A stretch of DNA of 64,000 nucleotides, taken from NCBI GenBank assembly GCA_964234715.1, contig OZ174281.1; one strand, given 5' to 3'. Made by a program: the position numbers and the translations under genes. Shown piece after piece: positions 1 through 13,550 of the stretch (position 1 is its first letter; each line of letters starts with the position of its first letter). The DNA is from Podarcis melisellensis. Lineage: Eukaryota. The notes under the pieces were generated by a model, which made no database searches, had not been told where the DNA came from, and saw nothing but the letters and a program-made list of their open reading frames with translations.

Positions 1-2198
1 TGGATGGAGAGAAATTACATGTTTTTCTTTTCCCACCCCTCTTAAGGCAGACCTCTCTGTCTTTTTTCAGCTCCAGCCCAAATATGGTCGAGTGAAGTGT
101 GTAACATCCTACTGCCCCTCAGCCACTCTTGAATAATTGCTCCCTCAGTCACACTCAGTTAGTGATCTAATGCATACTTCTTTGATGCTGCCGGACTGTG
201 AAGTGGCTTATAAATTTTTATCTTTGTCAGTATCACACAATACAGTAACCAGCAATAAATCTGTAATCAAGAGCTATCTGTAGTATTGTTGTGATGTGGT
301 AGATTAGGGCAGGAGCACTAGAACTTTGTTTTAAAACTCTTTATAAGTGCAGTAAGTATCTGTCACAGCAGACATAAAAAAAAACAACCTACAGCAGCAA
401 AAACAATTTAACCCTTTGTTTCTTGTCTTCAATAAGGTTGCTGAATTTAAAACTCATGCAAGTCAAGCCTGTTATTTGTCTATTCCACTTAACTCCTTTG
501 ACAAGGTAGATTTTTTCCATGTATGTGGTTTTTGTTTTATAATCTTACATCTGTAACGTGAAGAATGTATGAAGTAATTTATTTTGTTATATTTACTTAA
601 GGATGCATCTATCCTAACTGACATGCTTGTCTCGCCTGCCTTTACTTCAGTTCCCATGTTTACAGTGCGATAGGTAAGGGCTTAATCCCACATTAAGGAT
701 TCTGTAATTAATTTCTGTACCCTCTGCAAAATGAAATTCATTCTGGAATACGTAAGACAGAACAAGGGAGTGTTTTAAGAGAAATGAATCTATTCCATTT
801 AAAAAGGATGATGCCATGCTTGGCTTTGTTTTCTCTCGTTACAACACATATAACACAAGCCTACAGGATGCAGCTGGGGTGAGCTATGTCCGTTGATTGT
901 AGCCATGTTTGGGAGGTAGACAATAAGCTCATGGCTTTACATTCCTTGTTGAATGGTACGTACTGTTGGCTTGCGAGGCCGACACACGCTCTTGTCTCTC
1001 AAGTGGGTGGTATTTTGCTCAGGGTCCTGGGACCAAGGAAAATAGGCTGCTGGTCAACATTATCACACACTTTAAAACTGAGATGTTTGTTCTTTAGAAT
1101 GGCAGTGTAAAGACAGCGGTGGGGTGAGGCAGTGACTTTTTGTAAAAGCTGTTCAGATATTCATCACATACATGTGGCCTTGAGAGCTGTGTTTAGAGGG
1201 GAGTCTGTGCAGTTTGTCACATCAAGAAGCCCCGAGGGACAGACACGGATGGCACTTAACATACAGCTGCCTGATTAGCAAGCCCTTGGCATTATAGATC
1301 GTTAGGCAGCATGTGCTGGAAATGTGCTAAGTGCAACATGATATTTAATAACGTCCACTAAGAATGGAGATCTACCCTGTTGGTATAACAGGCAGTGCTG
1401 AGAGTACCATTTTCTCTCAAGTGTGCCTATTTAATAGTCACAATATCTATTTGCTCAGCATGTGTAACACATTTGCATTTAATGATAATATTTACCTTTC
1501 GGCTCGTAGTTTGCTAGTAGCCATTTTTTGCATAACATATTTGCATTTCCCTTTCCAGTTGCATCTGTACATTAGGGTTTGTGTACCAGCAATAGTAACT
1601 TGGTTTATTTTGAGGGTTGTACCAGAGCTAGTCCCATTGATGTTAATGGGCACAACAAAGTTAGGTACATTAATTTCAGTGGGTTTGTACTGTGTAGGAA
1701 TAGCATTGGGTACAGCCCTAAGTTTTAAATTCTGAACACAATAGTATTCAGTATGCATATAGTATGAAGCACGCTTTTAAAACTGCAGTAAATAAGACCA
1801 GTGAAATGGGCATTTGGTACCCACACCTCCCCCTGCCCCTTGGCTGACAGGAAGGCACATTAGGCTATGTTTTGAGCATATTCTTTGGATAACTGTACAC
1901 CTGAAAGTTGCTGAGTAAGGGACTCACTGAAACAAAGTCATCAAGGGTTGCGGTTGGACACTTAAGACCCACTGACAACAGTTTCCTAAACCTTCTCCCA
2001 GTATTTGAAATTAACCAGGCACCAGGCACATTTTGCACTTGGCTATCGACCATTTAAGATGCTTGGGCCTGACATCTCCACCATCTGGAGGTTCATGCCT
2101 GGAGATCATTAGATTTGGACTTCTTTCACACACTAACACCACATCCTGTAGAATTCTATCAGTTATATTTTACCAGCACAATCGGAATGATTTTCATG

Positions 2199-2516
2199 AA
2201 ACCACAGAGCCTAGGACTTGCCGATCAGAAGGTTGGCGGTTCGAATCCCTGCAACAGGGTGAGCTCCCGTTGCTCGGTCCCTGCTCCTGCCTACCTAGCA
2301 GTTCGAAAGCACGTCAAAGTGCAAGTAGATAAATAGGTACTGCTCCGGCGTGAAGGTAAACAGTGTTTCCATGCGCTGCTCTGGTTTGCCAGAAGTGGCT
2401 TAGTCATGCTGGCCACATGTACGCCAGCTCCCTCGGCCAATAAAGCGAGATAAGCGCCGCAATCCCAGAGTCGGTCACGTCTGGACCTAATGGTCAGGGG
2501 TCCCTCTACCTTTTTA
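2199..2516 (+). mobile_element. Sauria SINE (Squam1), 5'-truncated
   Basis: B-box ggttcgaatcc, body gagctcccgttgctcggtccctgctcctgcc...caaagtgcaagtagataaataggtac, 3' end ggacctaatggtcaggggtccct.tacctt; similar to the 19997 copy. Confidence 0.9.
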
Positions 2517-3682
2517 ACCGGCCCAGCAGCCCTCATGGTGACGGGCAGGTTAGAAATAAGAAGAGCCGGCTAGATCAGGCCAGTCTCCCATCTAGTCCAG
2601 CATCCTGTTCTCACAGTGAGCAACCAGATAGCCATGGGCGATTATTATTATTATTAGATAAATCCTTCTAGCAACCAAGAATTCAAAATCTGCCTACCCT
2701 CTTTCCTTTGGATGCCTTTGAGAAACAGGCACAGTATTTCCCCTCACAGCCTTAGAGCCATTGATTTCAGGAAGAAGAATTGCCTGTTAAGGATAATACG
2801 CATTTACTTTAGGAAACAATAGGCTTGGCAGTCTGTAAGACATGACCTAATTTTGGGCAATGCACTTGTCTCTTAGGAAGCTTCCTTGGCTTGAGATAGA
2901 GAGTAGAACCATATATGCCTGAGGTAACACTGTTAAGCTTTCCCCCCCAAGCTTGCATCACTGGGCGTTATGTTAGCAATCCAGCGGATTGGGGAAGGAC
3001 TTCTTTTAAACTCTTTATGAAGGTTGCCAACATTTTGCTTGTCAGTGCTCCTGTGACTTTCAGAGCTGCACAACGAGCAGAAATTGAATCTTTCCCCCTG
3101 AGGCAGTCCGATTTGTAACAGTGAAGCAGTCCATGGTCCTGGAAGCATCCTCCAGGAATCTTTGGCATATGGCAGAAGATCCCTTCCAGATCACGTGATG
3201 CAGCTGCCTGGGACGGCAGAATGTCTCTGACTAGCCCTGCCTCCAGGAACAATGTTCAAAGTCTAGGTGCTATCCTCCTTTTGAAGTCCATTTTTAGATG
3301 AGCACAGCTCTGCCCTTCCCTTCAGCAAACATAACATGTGATCAATAAACCACAGTGTGTGAATTTTTAGCTCTGACCTCTTCAGTATGCTAATGAGTCA
3401 CTGCAGATATGGGTGTTCTCCTTTTATCATTTAACTGAGTGATTAAATAGTGGGTGCAGAAAGAAAAGAAAAGAAAGAAAAGCAAAAAGGATGCTGGATA
3501 GGAACTCCTGCTGCTGCTGCTGCTGAAACAGTAGGTTCATATCTTGTCCAAAGCCTGATGGGGGAGGACAGGTTTACTGTCAAGAGGAGATGTTTAGCTC
3601 TTATGTTTACCACTCTATGGATGGCTTAATATGGCAGCGCAGTATGTATTTGCAGTTGCTTGCTTTCCAGTCTGCTGTGATA

Positions 3683-3897
3683 CAGTGGTACCTCGGGTTA
3701 AGTACTTAATTCGTTCTGGAGGTCCATTCTTAACCTGAAACTGTTCTTAACCTGAGGTACCACTTTGGCTAATGGGGCCTCCCGCTGCTGCCGCACGATT
3801 TCTGTTCTCATCCTGAAGCAAAGTTCTTAACCCGAGGTACTATTTCTGGGTTAGTGGAGTCTGTAACCTGAAGTGTCTGTAACCCGAGGTACCACTG
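3683..3897. mobile_element. Tc1/mariner-pogo (Tigger-like) MITE, 'ggttaag' subfamily
   Basis: TIRs cagtggtacctcgggtta/taacccgaggtaccactg; TA duplication on both sides. Confidence 0.9.
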
Positions 3898-4786
3898 TAC
3901 AAACAGAGCCAAAATTAGAGATTTTGATCAGTTGGAATGCGTTTTGGAGAAGCGGTGTTTTCTTCTTCTTAAATTTAAACTTTTAAAAATACTACACACA
4001 TAAATAGTATTCCTGTTTGAGGAGGCTTCGAAGGAAATTCTTTGTGTTGTTGTTTTTCCAAAAAACACTCTGGTACAAGTCTTGATGAGCCAAAGAGGCA
4101 CATTGTACTGCTGTCAACCCCAGAACATTTTCTGTGCTATTAGCTTTGTTCTATTTGGTGCTCAGTGAACTGTGGTGCAGCTCTGTGCACTAAGCCTGCG
4201 CACATGGGGAAACAAAGATCCTGAGAGCTCATGGACAGGCTGTGCTTTTGAAGGGCCTGCTGAATTAAAATTAAATTAGACACTTCCTGTCACACAGATT
4301 GCTACTGGTCCTACTAGCCCCCAGTGTTAAGCATTCTACAGCCAACTGGAGAGACCATTAGGCTGAAGTCATATGCACCTTTACCAAGGATGAGTGGCTT
4401 TTACTTCTGAGTAAACATGCTTAGAATTGTACTTTAGAACATGTTCTCAAATCACCCATTTAACTTTTCCTGGCTTAACAATATTCTTGTTTATAGAATC
4501 CAATTTAACCCCCCCCCCCCAAAAAAAAACACCTTTGCCTGGCTTGTGTCCCTATATGTTCTGGCTCTCTCAAAATCAGGTTGGGTTAAGTACTGCTGTC
4601 CAAGGCTCTGACGCTGTATTGAAGCTCAAATTTAAAGAGCTACTTCGTACATTAGCTTATAACCCGGATGGAGAACATCAGGTTTGAGCACCAAATGCAG
4701 CCCTCTGGGCCTGTCTGTCTAATCCTGCTCATTATGGAAATTCAGCTGATCCTAGCTCTCCACTAAGTGCACCTGCATAATATGTA

Positions 4787-4995
4787 CCGTATTTTTCGCT
4801 CTACAAGACGCACCAGACCATAAGACGCACCTAGTTTTTGGAGGAGGGAAACAAGAAAAAATATATTCTGAATCTCAGAAGCCAGAACAACAAGAGGGAT
4901 AGCTACGCAGCCTGCATTTGCTCCATAAGACGCACACACATTTCCCCTTACTTTTTAGGAGGGAAAAAGTGAGTCTTATAGAGCAAAAAATACGG
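4787..4995. mobile_element. Tc2/Kanga-like (Tc1/mariner superfamily) MITE, short copy
   Basis: ta|ccgtatttttcgctct ... agagcaaaaaatacgg|ta. Confidence 0.85.
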
Positions 4996-5746
4996 TATAT
5001 TTGAGGACTATCAGAGATGAGTGTAGCTAGGGAGTGTAGCTAAGTGCAGTTCGTGGATCCAGAAAAGACTCTAGTTTGTGTACTCATTTTTGTCCTTGCA
5101 GCTACACCCATTATTCCTGGCTATTTTATTGCATACTCTAGAGTGCCAGAGTTTGGTTTCTGCCTACATATAATTAGTCCTTATAATCAGTGTTTCAGAA
5201 CATCACTCTGCTCCTGAAATCTCTCAAGTCTTCCAGATGCCCCAATAACTCTATATTGTCACTGAAGCTCCATACAAGATCCTTTTGTAATTGGATGTGT
5301 TCAGAGGGGAGAATGCAAGGGAAGAGACTGTGTGTAGAACAGCTTTTTCAGCATTAAGCTTCCCGGGGGGCATCTACAAAATTGCAAAGGCAGGACATGC
5401 TCTGCTATGCAATTTAATGCAAAGTCAAATAATGCCTGACTCAAAATTGCACGCCTCTGCATGCTGCGCATGCAAACAGATGGGGCTCAGAAAGGTGTGT
5501 GATTCTCCCCCTGCCCGCAGATCTCTTTTAGAGTTGAACTAGCTTAGCTTTTGTAAATCTCAAATAAATCTCTTCCTCATGCCCATATACGCTATTGATT
5601 GATAAGCACAATGGAGAGTGGCTCTGGGAGAATCATTGCTGAGCTGTGAAACAGCCTGTTCGCTTCAGTAAAATTGAGTTTCGCTCTGCATTAAATATTC
5701 TTGCTCATTGATTGTGCTTCTTATCAAGTTATTACAGTAGTCACCA

Positions 5747-5747
5747 G

Positions 5748-5794
<47 letters not shown>
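5747..5794. repeat. (GTT)16 microsatellite
   Basis: Directly visible. Confidence 0.95.
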
Positions 5795-5795
<1 letters not shown>

Positions 5796-5865
5796 TGTGT
5801 GTGTATGTGTGTATGTATCTGCTTTAGGACTTGAACATTTTCTTGGGTAAATTAAGCTAGACGGT

Positions 5866-6136
5866 TTATTGAATATTTACAGATAAATTGTAAACAGATA
5901 AAAACATTAGCAGGAGTTATGTAATAACCTGCAGTTTTATAAGAGTATATATTTACAGTTGATAAGTAAATGAGCAAGTTAAATGAACTTGGATATGCAG
6001 AAGAAGATAATTAAAAAAAAAATTAATTTAAGGAACCGCAGAAAGAGGGAGAAGGAAGTCAAAATGTAGAAGTGTTAAATTGATTGCAAAACTAATAATG
6101 TATACATTTGAAAAATATAAATAAAAAAACTAAAAA
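5866..6136 (+). mobile_element. 5'-truncated L1 LINE 3' end
   Basis: Shares FIEYLQ with the 20156 insert (...INCKQIKTLAGVM*); AATAAA plus A-rich tail; degenerate TSD aagctagacggt (5854-5865) / aagctggatggt (6137-6148). Confidence 0.7.
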
Positions 6137-9100
6137 AAGCTGGATGGTGAAAGGTGTATTGATTCAATTTTGGGTGAAAGTTAGATATGGTGGATGTGGG
6201 GCTGCTTCCTCCCCCCCCCCCCCAAGGCACCCTATGTTGAGTGTTCTCCCTGCCCCTCATTTCTCTATGCCTTGTCATGTCCAATTCCATTATTTCCTGG
6301 GCAGGACTGGCTCAAAACATTTTGTTATCTGAAGTAGAACAGTAAATGGTACCCCACTTACCCTCAAGTCTAAGTGAGTAGTATCCAGGGGTGGCTAAGT
6401 TATTTTAGCACTTGGAGCTAAAAACCAAACCACATCCACCGCCTCTATAATGATAATGATATCTGAATGAAGCCCTCCTGTTGCTGCCTAGTATAATCCC
6501 ATGTTGCATAAGGCTGTAGCAGCATATATCAAAAGTTTTGAGTACTGGACACCATGAATAAATATTATTATTATTATTTTTTTAAAAAAATAAAGTCGCT
6601 TCTGCTTACTAAGATTAAGGTATTTTGCGACATGTTTCTCTCTCCATGTAAGACTTATCTGTCCCTCAGTGCATCATAAGTGGTTGGCGCATTTGTATAC
6701 TTATCCAAGGTTGTGTCCGGGATTTGCATTCCATTTCCAGTTTTGTTGTGGGAAAGCTTGATTAAAACCAACAGAAAAATGAAATAGAGAACACCTGAGC
6801 CCACTATGAAAAATGGCAGTCTCTAAAAGCATCATTAAGTTTCAGGCTCTGTTTCAGTATTTAATATTTTAGAGATGAGGTAATTAAAAGAAGCATTTGG
6901 TACCTACAGCCTGTTTGAGGTTTGGGAAGGATGTGAGTAATTTATAGTCTACAAAGGTGAATTATTGAAAACAGTAGCTTCCTTAGGAGTGGCATATATC
7001 TAAGGCACTCAGTACAATATTATGTTCATTTCATAGAGCACTGAAGAGACACATGAGTATGGTTTTTTCCTAACCAAATTTGGCTGACATAATTCCCAAA
7101 CATAACACAACTGCCTTTTAGCACAGACAAAGGACATAATCCAGCAAAAGTTGGTTGGATCAAAGTCCTATTGAAAGCACTCCAGTATACACATAATTGA
7201 GAGTCCCATGGAAATTGCATAGGATTGCACTGAGAAGCTAGTTGCAATGAAGTCCTGTTCCATTGTTTTTGTTGGGACTTAGAGGGTAATTCTACCTATA
7301 TCTACTCAGGAGTAAGTCCTACTGAATTCAGTGAGGCTCACTGTCAGGTAGATGGGGTTAGATTGCATCCCAAAACATCTGGAGGGCCATAGGTTCCTCA
7401 CTTTTGCTATAAAACAAGGCCAGCAAAATAGCCCTAGAATCCCAATTTAACCAATTTTTGGTAAGGTTAATGAACAGAAACGGGTAGTACCTAAGAGCCG
7501 AATTTCATAGCAGCTGTAGGCCGCACAAAACACAGCACACTTTAAGCTGCAGAGAATTTAATAAGAAAGAACAGAGCCACTTTCTTTCTGCTTCATGTAG
7601 CTTTCAGAGGAAACCCTAATGTATAAACAAAGGAGACCAATCATTAGTGTCTGAAAGGACATAAGGCTCCCTGTTGGGATCTAAATTATAGCACTTAAAA
7701 GAACTCCTCTTGTGACTCTGTCTGGACCATGTATTTTGGGAATGGTCACTTTCGGAAGTACAAAGTAGGGGTGGATGACCATTCCTGGTCTTGTACAAGA
7801 ATGAGGTATTAAGTGAAGCAGGAAATTCTTGCTTCTATAATGGTTGAAGTGACATAATCTACTTCCAGTTCCTCCCTTGAGGCTATCCCTTTTCTCCTGT
7901 TCCTGTCACTGCTGTGGTTCACAGTTACATTTAACTTCTCTCATTCCCCCCAAAAAAGGTCATTTCCCCCTGTTTGAATATAAATGTGAAGTGAATACAT
8001 TGTGTGGTGAACAGATGTTAATAATATGACACAGGAAGAACTTGTTCCCCCATCTGTTCTCCGCCACCTCTTCCTTTGACATTAGGGTAACACATCTTTA
8101 GCTGTTATGGAACTTCTGGGTAGCATGATTGGGTGGCGGTGGGACTTCAGTACAATTTGCAGAACCTGGAGGTTATAATTTTTGTGTCCAGTTTTCCAAA
8201 TGGGACACATGAAAGCAATGGAAATACAGGAAATGAAGTGTTGTTTCTGAGGTCCAACATAGGAAGAGCCAGTGTTTTCATGTTAAGTAGGTCACATTGT
8301 TTGCAACTGAATTAGAGCTTAGTTTATTAATCTGGTGCGTTTTTATAGCTAAGTACTTCAACATGACTGAATCGGCTCCATTTTCTGTGCACATGAACAA
8401 GAGTACCACATTTGACCTGTATCACTTTTCATCTGGGAAGCATCTTTCCCAGGACATTAGGCAGGGTGAGGCAGCTGCCTCAGGTGGCAGAAGTTGAGAA
8501 GGAGGAAGTAGATAGAGCTGTTTGTGCCACACGACTGGCACTGTACCAACTCAGCTAGCTGCCTCCAAGTGGAGAGGAGGGTGCTGTTCCATTGCCAGTG
8601 TTGAAGTACGCTTTAGCTGATAGTTTGGTTGGGTTTTGTACACAGATGGGGGAGAGTGCCATCTTGTCCTTTGCCTGGCACCTGCTAGTGCTACTATTTA
8701 CTTAAATCCGGCCCATTTGGGGGCGGGGGAGCCATAGTCACTGTTTATAACAAAAAAAGACAGATTGTAAGCCTAGTGGGCATGACTAATCACATTACAA
8801 GCTGGATGGGTCAAAAATGATTATATCTAGGCTACCTGGAATTAATCCATCTGAAGGCTTTTTTTTAAAGAACTTGATGATTTAAAACAAATATTGGCTG
8901 TGAAAGAGCTCCATTGATAAAGAGCTGTAAAAGAATAAGCAGAAACTGAAAAACAGGGGAACAAATGCAGGGATTAAGAAGCAACAAAAATGGAAGAATA
9001 CAAGACAGACGGAGGAGGAAAATATAGAGAAAACATAAGCAGGAACTAAAAAATGCATGCATTTGAAGGTCAGGAACAGAAGCGTAAAGTGTTTCTCTTT

Positions 9101-9321
9101 ATTGGTTACTTTTTCCTTTTCACAAGAATAGAGAAATTATCATAATTGAATGGGGGGGGGGAATTAAGTGAGTAGCAGAATACAGATGAGAAAGAAGAGG
9201 CTTAAGGTGGGAACAGGTAGAATTTCTCTGCATGGTAGCTGCATGAGTTCGTTTATAGTAAGAATGATTTATTTGTACCAGATTCATTTAAACAATCAGC
9301 AGCCTATGTTATGTCGGAACC

Positions 9322-9327
<6 letters not shown>

Positions 9328-9397
<70 letters not shown>
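9328..9397. repeat. (AT)35 microsatellite
   Basis: Directly visible. Confidence 0.95.
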
Positions 9398-9401
<4 letters not shown>

Positions 9402-10385
9402 AGACCAGATATCCTAACTCACTTGGTTAAGTGCACAGTGAACTGCTTAAATGTCGTTGAAAGAAAATAGATGTGGGTTTTAGCAGCTTAAGTGTGTACA
9501 GGGCTGTAGCCTTTGGACACAGAGGACTGAATATTCCTTGTACTTCCTCTTTTGGCGAGGGAAACTGACTATATTAATCAATACTTTGCTTCAGTTTCAA
9601 ATTTTGCATCCAAGTAGTATATGATAGCTCAGCTTATCTGGCATTTTATCAATGTGGCCTCCTTCCCGTATAGAGTTTCCAGTCCTTTAAAAGGTTAGAT
9701 TACAATATTAGAACATATTTTGAAAGGATCAAACTTTTCCATCCTTGCTCCCTCCTTCATTTCAATTTTCTGTCATTCCTCATTTCATTATGATGATAGA
9801 ATCCAACGTAAAGCATGAATAAACCTGAATGTGCAGCTACATTTGACATGGCAAGGACAGCTCTGTCTTGCAAAAGTGATGCAATTAATTCATAACATTG
9901 AATGGGAAGTTCTACAAACCTAAGCACCAAATGTTCTAGCATTATTGACAGACCAATATATCAACAACATTAATTAGCTTCAGGTCTATTTGGCTGAGAT
10001 CCTTATTTTTATAAAGTCATTGATCATACAGGAATTGTCCCTCATAATGACTGTCATTTATTTCCTGCCACCAATTCTAGCTAAAATGTTTTTGAGGTGG
10101 CTTACAAGATCATTTATTTGGGATAGCACAAATTCAAAGCATTGCTAGCTTTTGAAATGTTTATCTGATTCATATCTCAATAAAGTGCACAGTTATTTTT
10201 AGGCAAAAGCTGTAACTTTGAGGGCATCATTAACCCTTGGACTCATGTGGCCAAGTCACACATTACCACTGGTAATAATATTTCCCCCCCCCCAAGCTTT
10301 TCTCTGTATGTTTCCAATGATAGCTCTGCTTCTCTTACACAGAAACCATAGCTCAGCAGCTGGGAACCTCCAGCCTATGGGTAAC

Positions 10386-10554
10386 TAGGGCTGGGTGTTA
10401 TCTGGTTTTCAACATTGTGATATATCACCAGCTAAACATAGTGATATGCTAATATATCACGATGTCTGAAATAAGGATGGAGCTATGTAGAGGAATTGAC
10501 TGGTTTCATGGTATAATATTATTGGACGATATATTGATATATTGCCCAGCCCTG
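10386..10554. mobile_element. hAT-type MITE
   Basis: TIRs tagggctggg / cccagccctg; repeated gatat motifs. Confidence 0.7.
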
Positions 10555-10777
10555 CAGGTGACGAAGCCAAGCCCACCGGCCCTAAATGTCATATATGATG
10601 TCAGGTATGGGGCAGGTATGGATGGACCAAAAGGGGGTTGAAAGCACAGGTGATCAGCTGATTGGTGGCACCTGCAAATCCTGGTGCACGTAGCTAAACG
10701 TGCACCAGGACATGTGCAAATAAAGCTCAACAACTTTTCAGTTCACTTTTTGAAATATGGCAACCCTAGTTTAAAAG

Positions 10778-10900
10778 CAGCACTTTTTAAAGCCAGAACC
10801 CACTGGAACCTCTCAGGTGGGCACCATTGCCATTAGAGGAGAACAGGGGAGGCATTCATGGTGAGTTCCGGCACCTCTTTTTTCTAGAAAAATAGCACTG
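10778..10900. mobile_element. hAT-type MITE (family shared with 45391 and 48989)
   Basis: acctctcaggtgggcaccattgccatt...ggtgagttccggcacctc...tagaaaaatagcactg occurs three times in the window. Confidence 0.75.
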
Positions 10901-13324
10901 ATTTTTAGGATACTGTTAATGACAAGCGGTATTTCTACGAGATAGGAGGAATTGCATGCATGTGTGAGCTGCACACTTACACTGTACCAGGGTTTGGCTC
11001 TAGTTCACCAGTCTTGTGATGTGTCATATTCCGTGCTTTCCTCCCTTTTACTTATTCCAGCCAGACGTGACCTTTTATGGAACAGCCAAAGGGAATGGCT
11101 TTCCATGAGCTTTGCCCCCTGCTGATGTCTTTAATGCGACTGTCACTGGGTACTTCAGGGCTGTACTATGGGATGAATTTGGATTCTGGGCACGTCAACT
11201 TGTCACATCACATGAAGTATGTCACTAAAGCACAGTCCATGAAGGGTAATAGGAGGCAATGGGAAGGGTTATGTGAGGACAGATGCCTGCAGGGAAATGG
11301 ATGGGCACATACTCTTAAGCTAAAACTTCCTTTTGAACTCTTCGCCCTGATTCCAGTATAGAATGTGAGCTTTTTTTTTAACCTTTAGGGTCACTCTCAT
11401 AGGGTTTCATAGTGCCTGGAATGATATTCTTTTTGATACACATTTTTAGCAAATTAGCTTGCCCTGATTTGTAGCTTTCGTGAAAAAAGTATAACCTCCT
11501 ATCCCTTTGTAAGTCTGTTGTAAACAATAAAAGAAATTGCACAGACAGTATTCTGTCCAGTTGTTCAAGTAAAAAGCCAGCCTCCCCACAGCCTCTGTAT
11601 GGACTATATTCTTACATGTACTAGGTTCATATTCTCACAAAAGCCAAAAACTAATTCACAACAAAAACAATTTTTTTGGACAAAAACGAAAGAAGAGCTG
11701 GAATGAATTAGAGCAAAATGTCATTGCTGTTGTTGTTTTGTTTAATACACTCTGCAGAGTCTCTCTTTTTAAAAAATCCTTCTAAAATATTTAATAGCAT
11801 ATATGGTCCTCTTTGAAATTCAGAACAGTTGTCTTGAATTGGACACACACACACACACACACACACAGAGTGGGGGGGTCCTGCATACACACCATAGCTT
11901 CAAAGCACATGACTTCCACCATAGAATCCTGGAAACTAGTTTACCCCTCACAGGGCTATAATTCCCAGCACCCTGAACTATGTTTCCCAAGGGATGTCAT
12001 GTGCTTTAAAATATGGTGTGTATACAGCCAGAAAGGGACTCTGCATAGCTCTTCTCTTTTCTGTGCCTTGGATAATGCGAATACTTGCACACATATATAT
12101 ACATACATACACACACACACACTGTATATATATTATAAATTATTAAAGCCATTTAGATTTTTCTAGCACAAACTATACATGCCCTCCTCCCCGCTTGTAG
12201 GCAAATGTGTAGATTTGCAACACAGGACGAAGGGCAGTTGCTGAACTACCTTCTACAGCATTCATTTCTTAGACCTGGACGTGTGTCTGTAGCATCTTCT
12301 GTACCTTTCTGATTAGATTACAGTTGGAAGAGATATGCCCACAGGCTCCCCACCCCCACCCCTGCCATTGTTCAAGCGCATTGTTGTACCTTTACTTCGC
12401 AGGCAGCTTTCTGTGTCTGTGCAATCACACATCACATACGAGTTAATCAGACTTTCCACCCTAAAATTTGTGCTTCACACACTTACATGGTGGAAAAACC
12501 ACAAGCAAACCATTATTTGCGTTTATGTCAAGCAGGACGCAATTGGAAGAGAAATCTCCGGTTCTGCCTTAGTGCATCCTTTAACAGATAATGTGATACT
12601 AAATGGGAAACCATTTTATGTAAACTCTTGGGAGAAGATGACCATTAGTCATTTTAAAAAATAAGGAATTTGGACCTGCAAGGCTTAACATTTGTTCCTA
12701 AGCCTACTTACCCAGACAGAAATTCCATTAAAATTAGTGGGACGGGAATTGAAATAATAATCCGCCGGGTTAGGCTGCAAAGTTCATATTTCACAGAGCC
12801 ATGAACTTATTGAATGGCTTTGGACAAACTTCTGTGGGTTGGATCCAAAGTCTTCACTCTTTGAACTGCAGGAGTTTCCGTTCATGGGAGGATAGTTCTG
12901 TTCTCTCTTTTCTGGAATTTTTCAATTGGAGTTTTCACAATACAATTAAAAGAACAAACTAATCTGCAGTAAAGAAAGAAAGAAACTAAAGAAGAAAAAG
13001 AAACTGCAAAATCATCTCTCACCACTGTATCTTAACTTTCATCCCCTACAGAGGAAGGTGTGCCCTCCCAGCTCTCACCTGGGCACATCCCTCTCTTCTA
13101 ACAGCCTCTAACCCTGTGGCCTCTCCCCTTCATCGCTTCTCACATGGAGTCCTCACACTGTCCTTCATGGAAAGATAGTTCTGATCACTGAATGGGTCCT
13201 CCAGTGAGTGGAAGTACGGAAGTCCCTTCTGCTCACAGAATGAAGACGTTGGGATTAAACCCATTCATGATCCAGTCATCTCCTATTGTTAACTTTGGGA
13301 ATAATGAAACACTTCTGCCTAATA

Positions 13325-13550
13325 CAGTGGTACCTCGGGTTACATACGCTTCAGGTTACAGGCTCCGCTAACCCAGAAATAGTGCTTCAGGTTAAGAACT
13401 TTGCTTCAGGATGAGAACAGAGATCGTGCTCTGGTGGCGCAGCAGCAGCAGGAGGCCCCATTAGCTAAAGTGGTGCTTCAGGTTAAGAACAGTTTCAGGT
13501 TAAGTACGGACCTCCGGAACAAATTAAGTACTTAACCCGAGGTACCACTG
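13325..13550. mobile_element. Tigger-like MITE, same family as 3683, opposite orientation
   Basis: Same TIRs and TA TSD; interior is the reverse complement of the 3683 copy. Confidence 0.9.

Noticed and set aside
1364-1758. Overlapping 123-aa and 88-aa ORFs that look vaguely viral
   Set aside because: The central part (~1613-1719) is a small inverted-repeat element (agggttgtac...gtacagccct); no recognisable homology.
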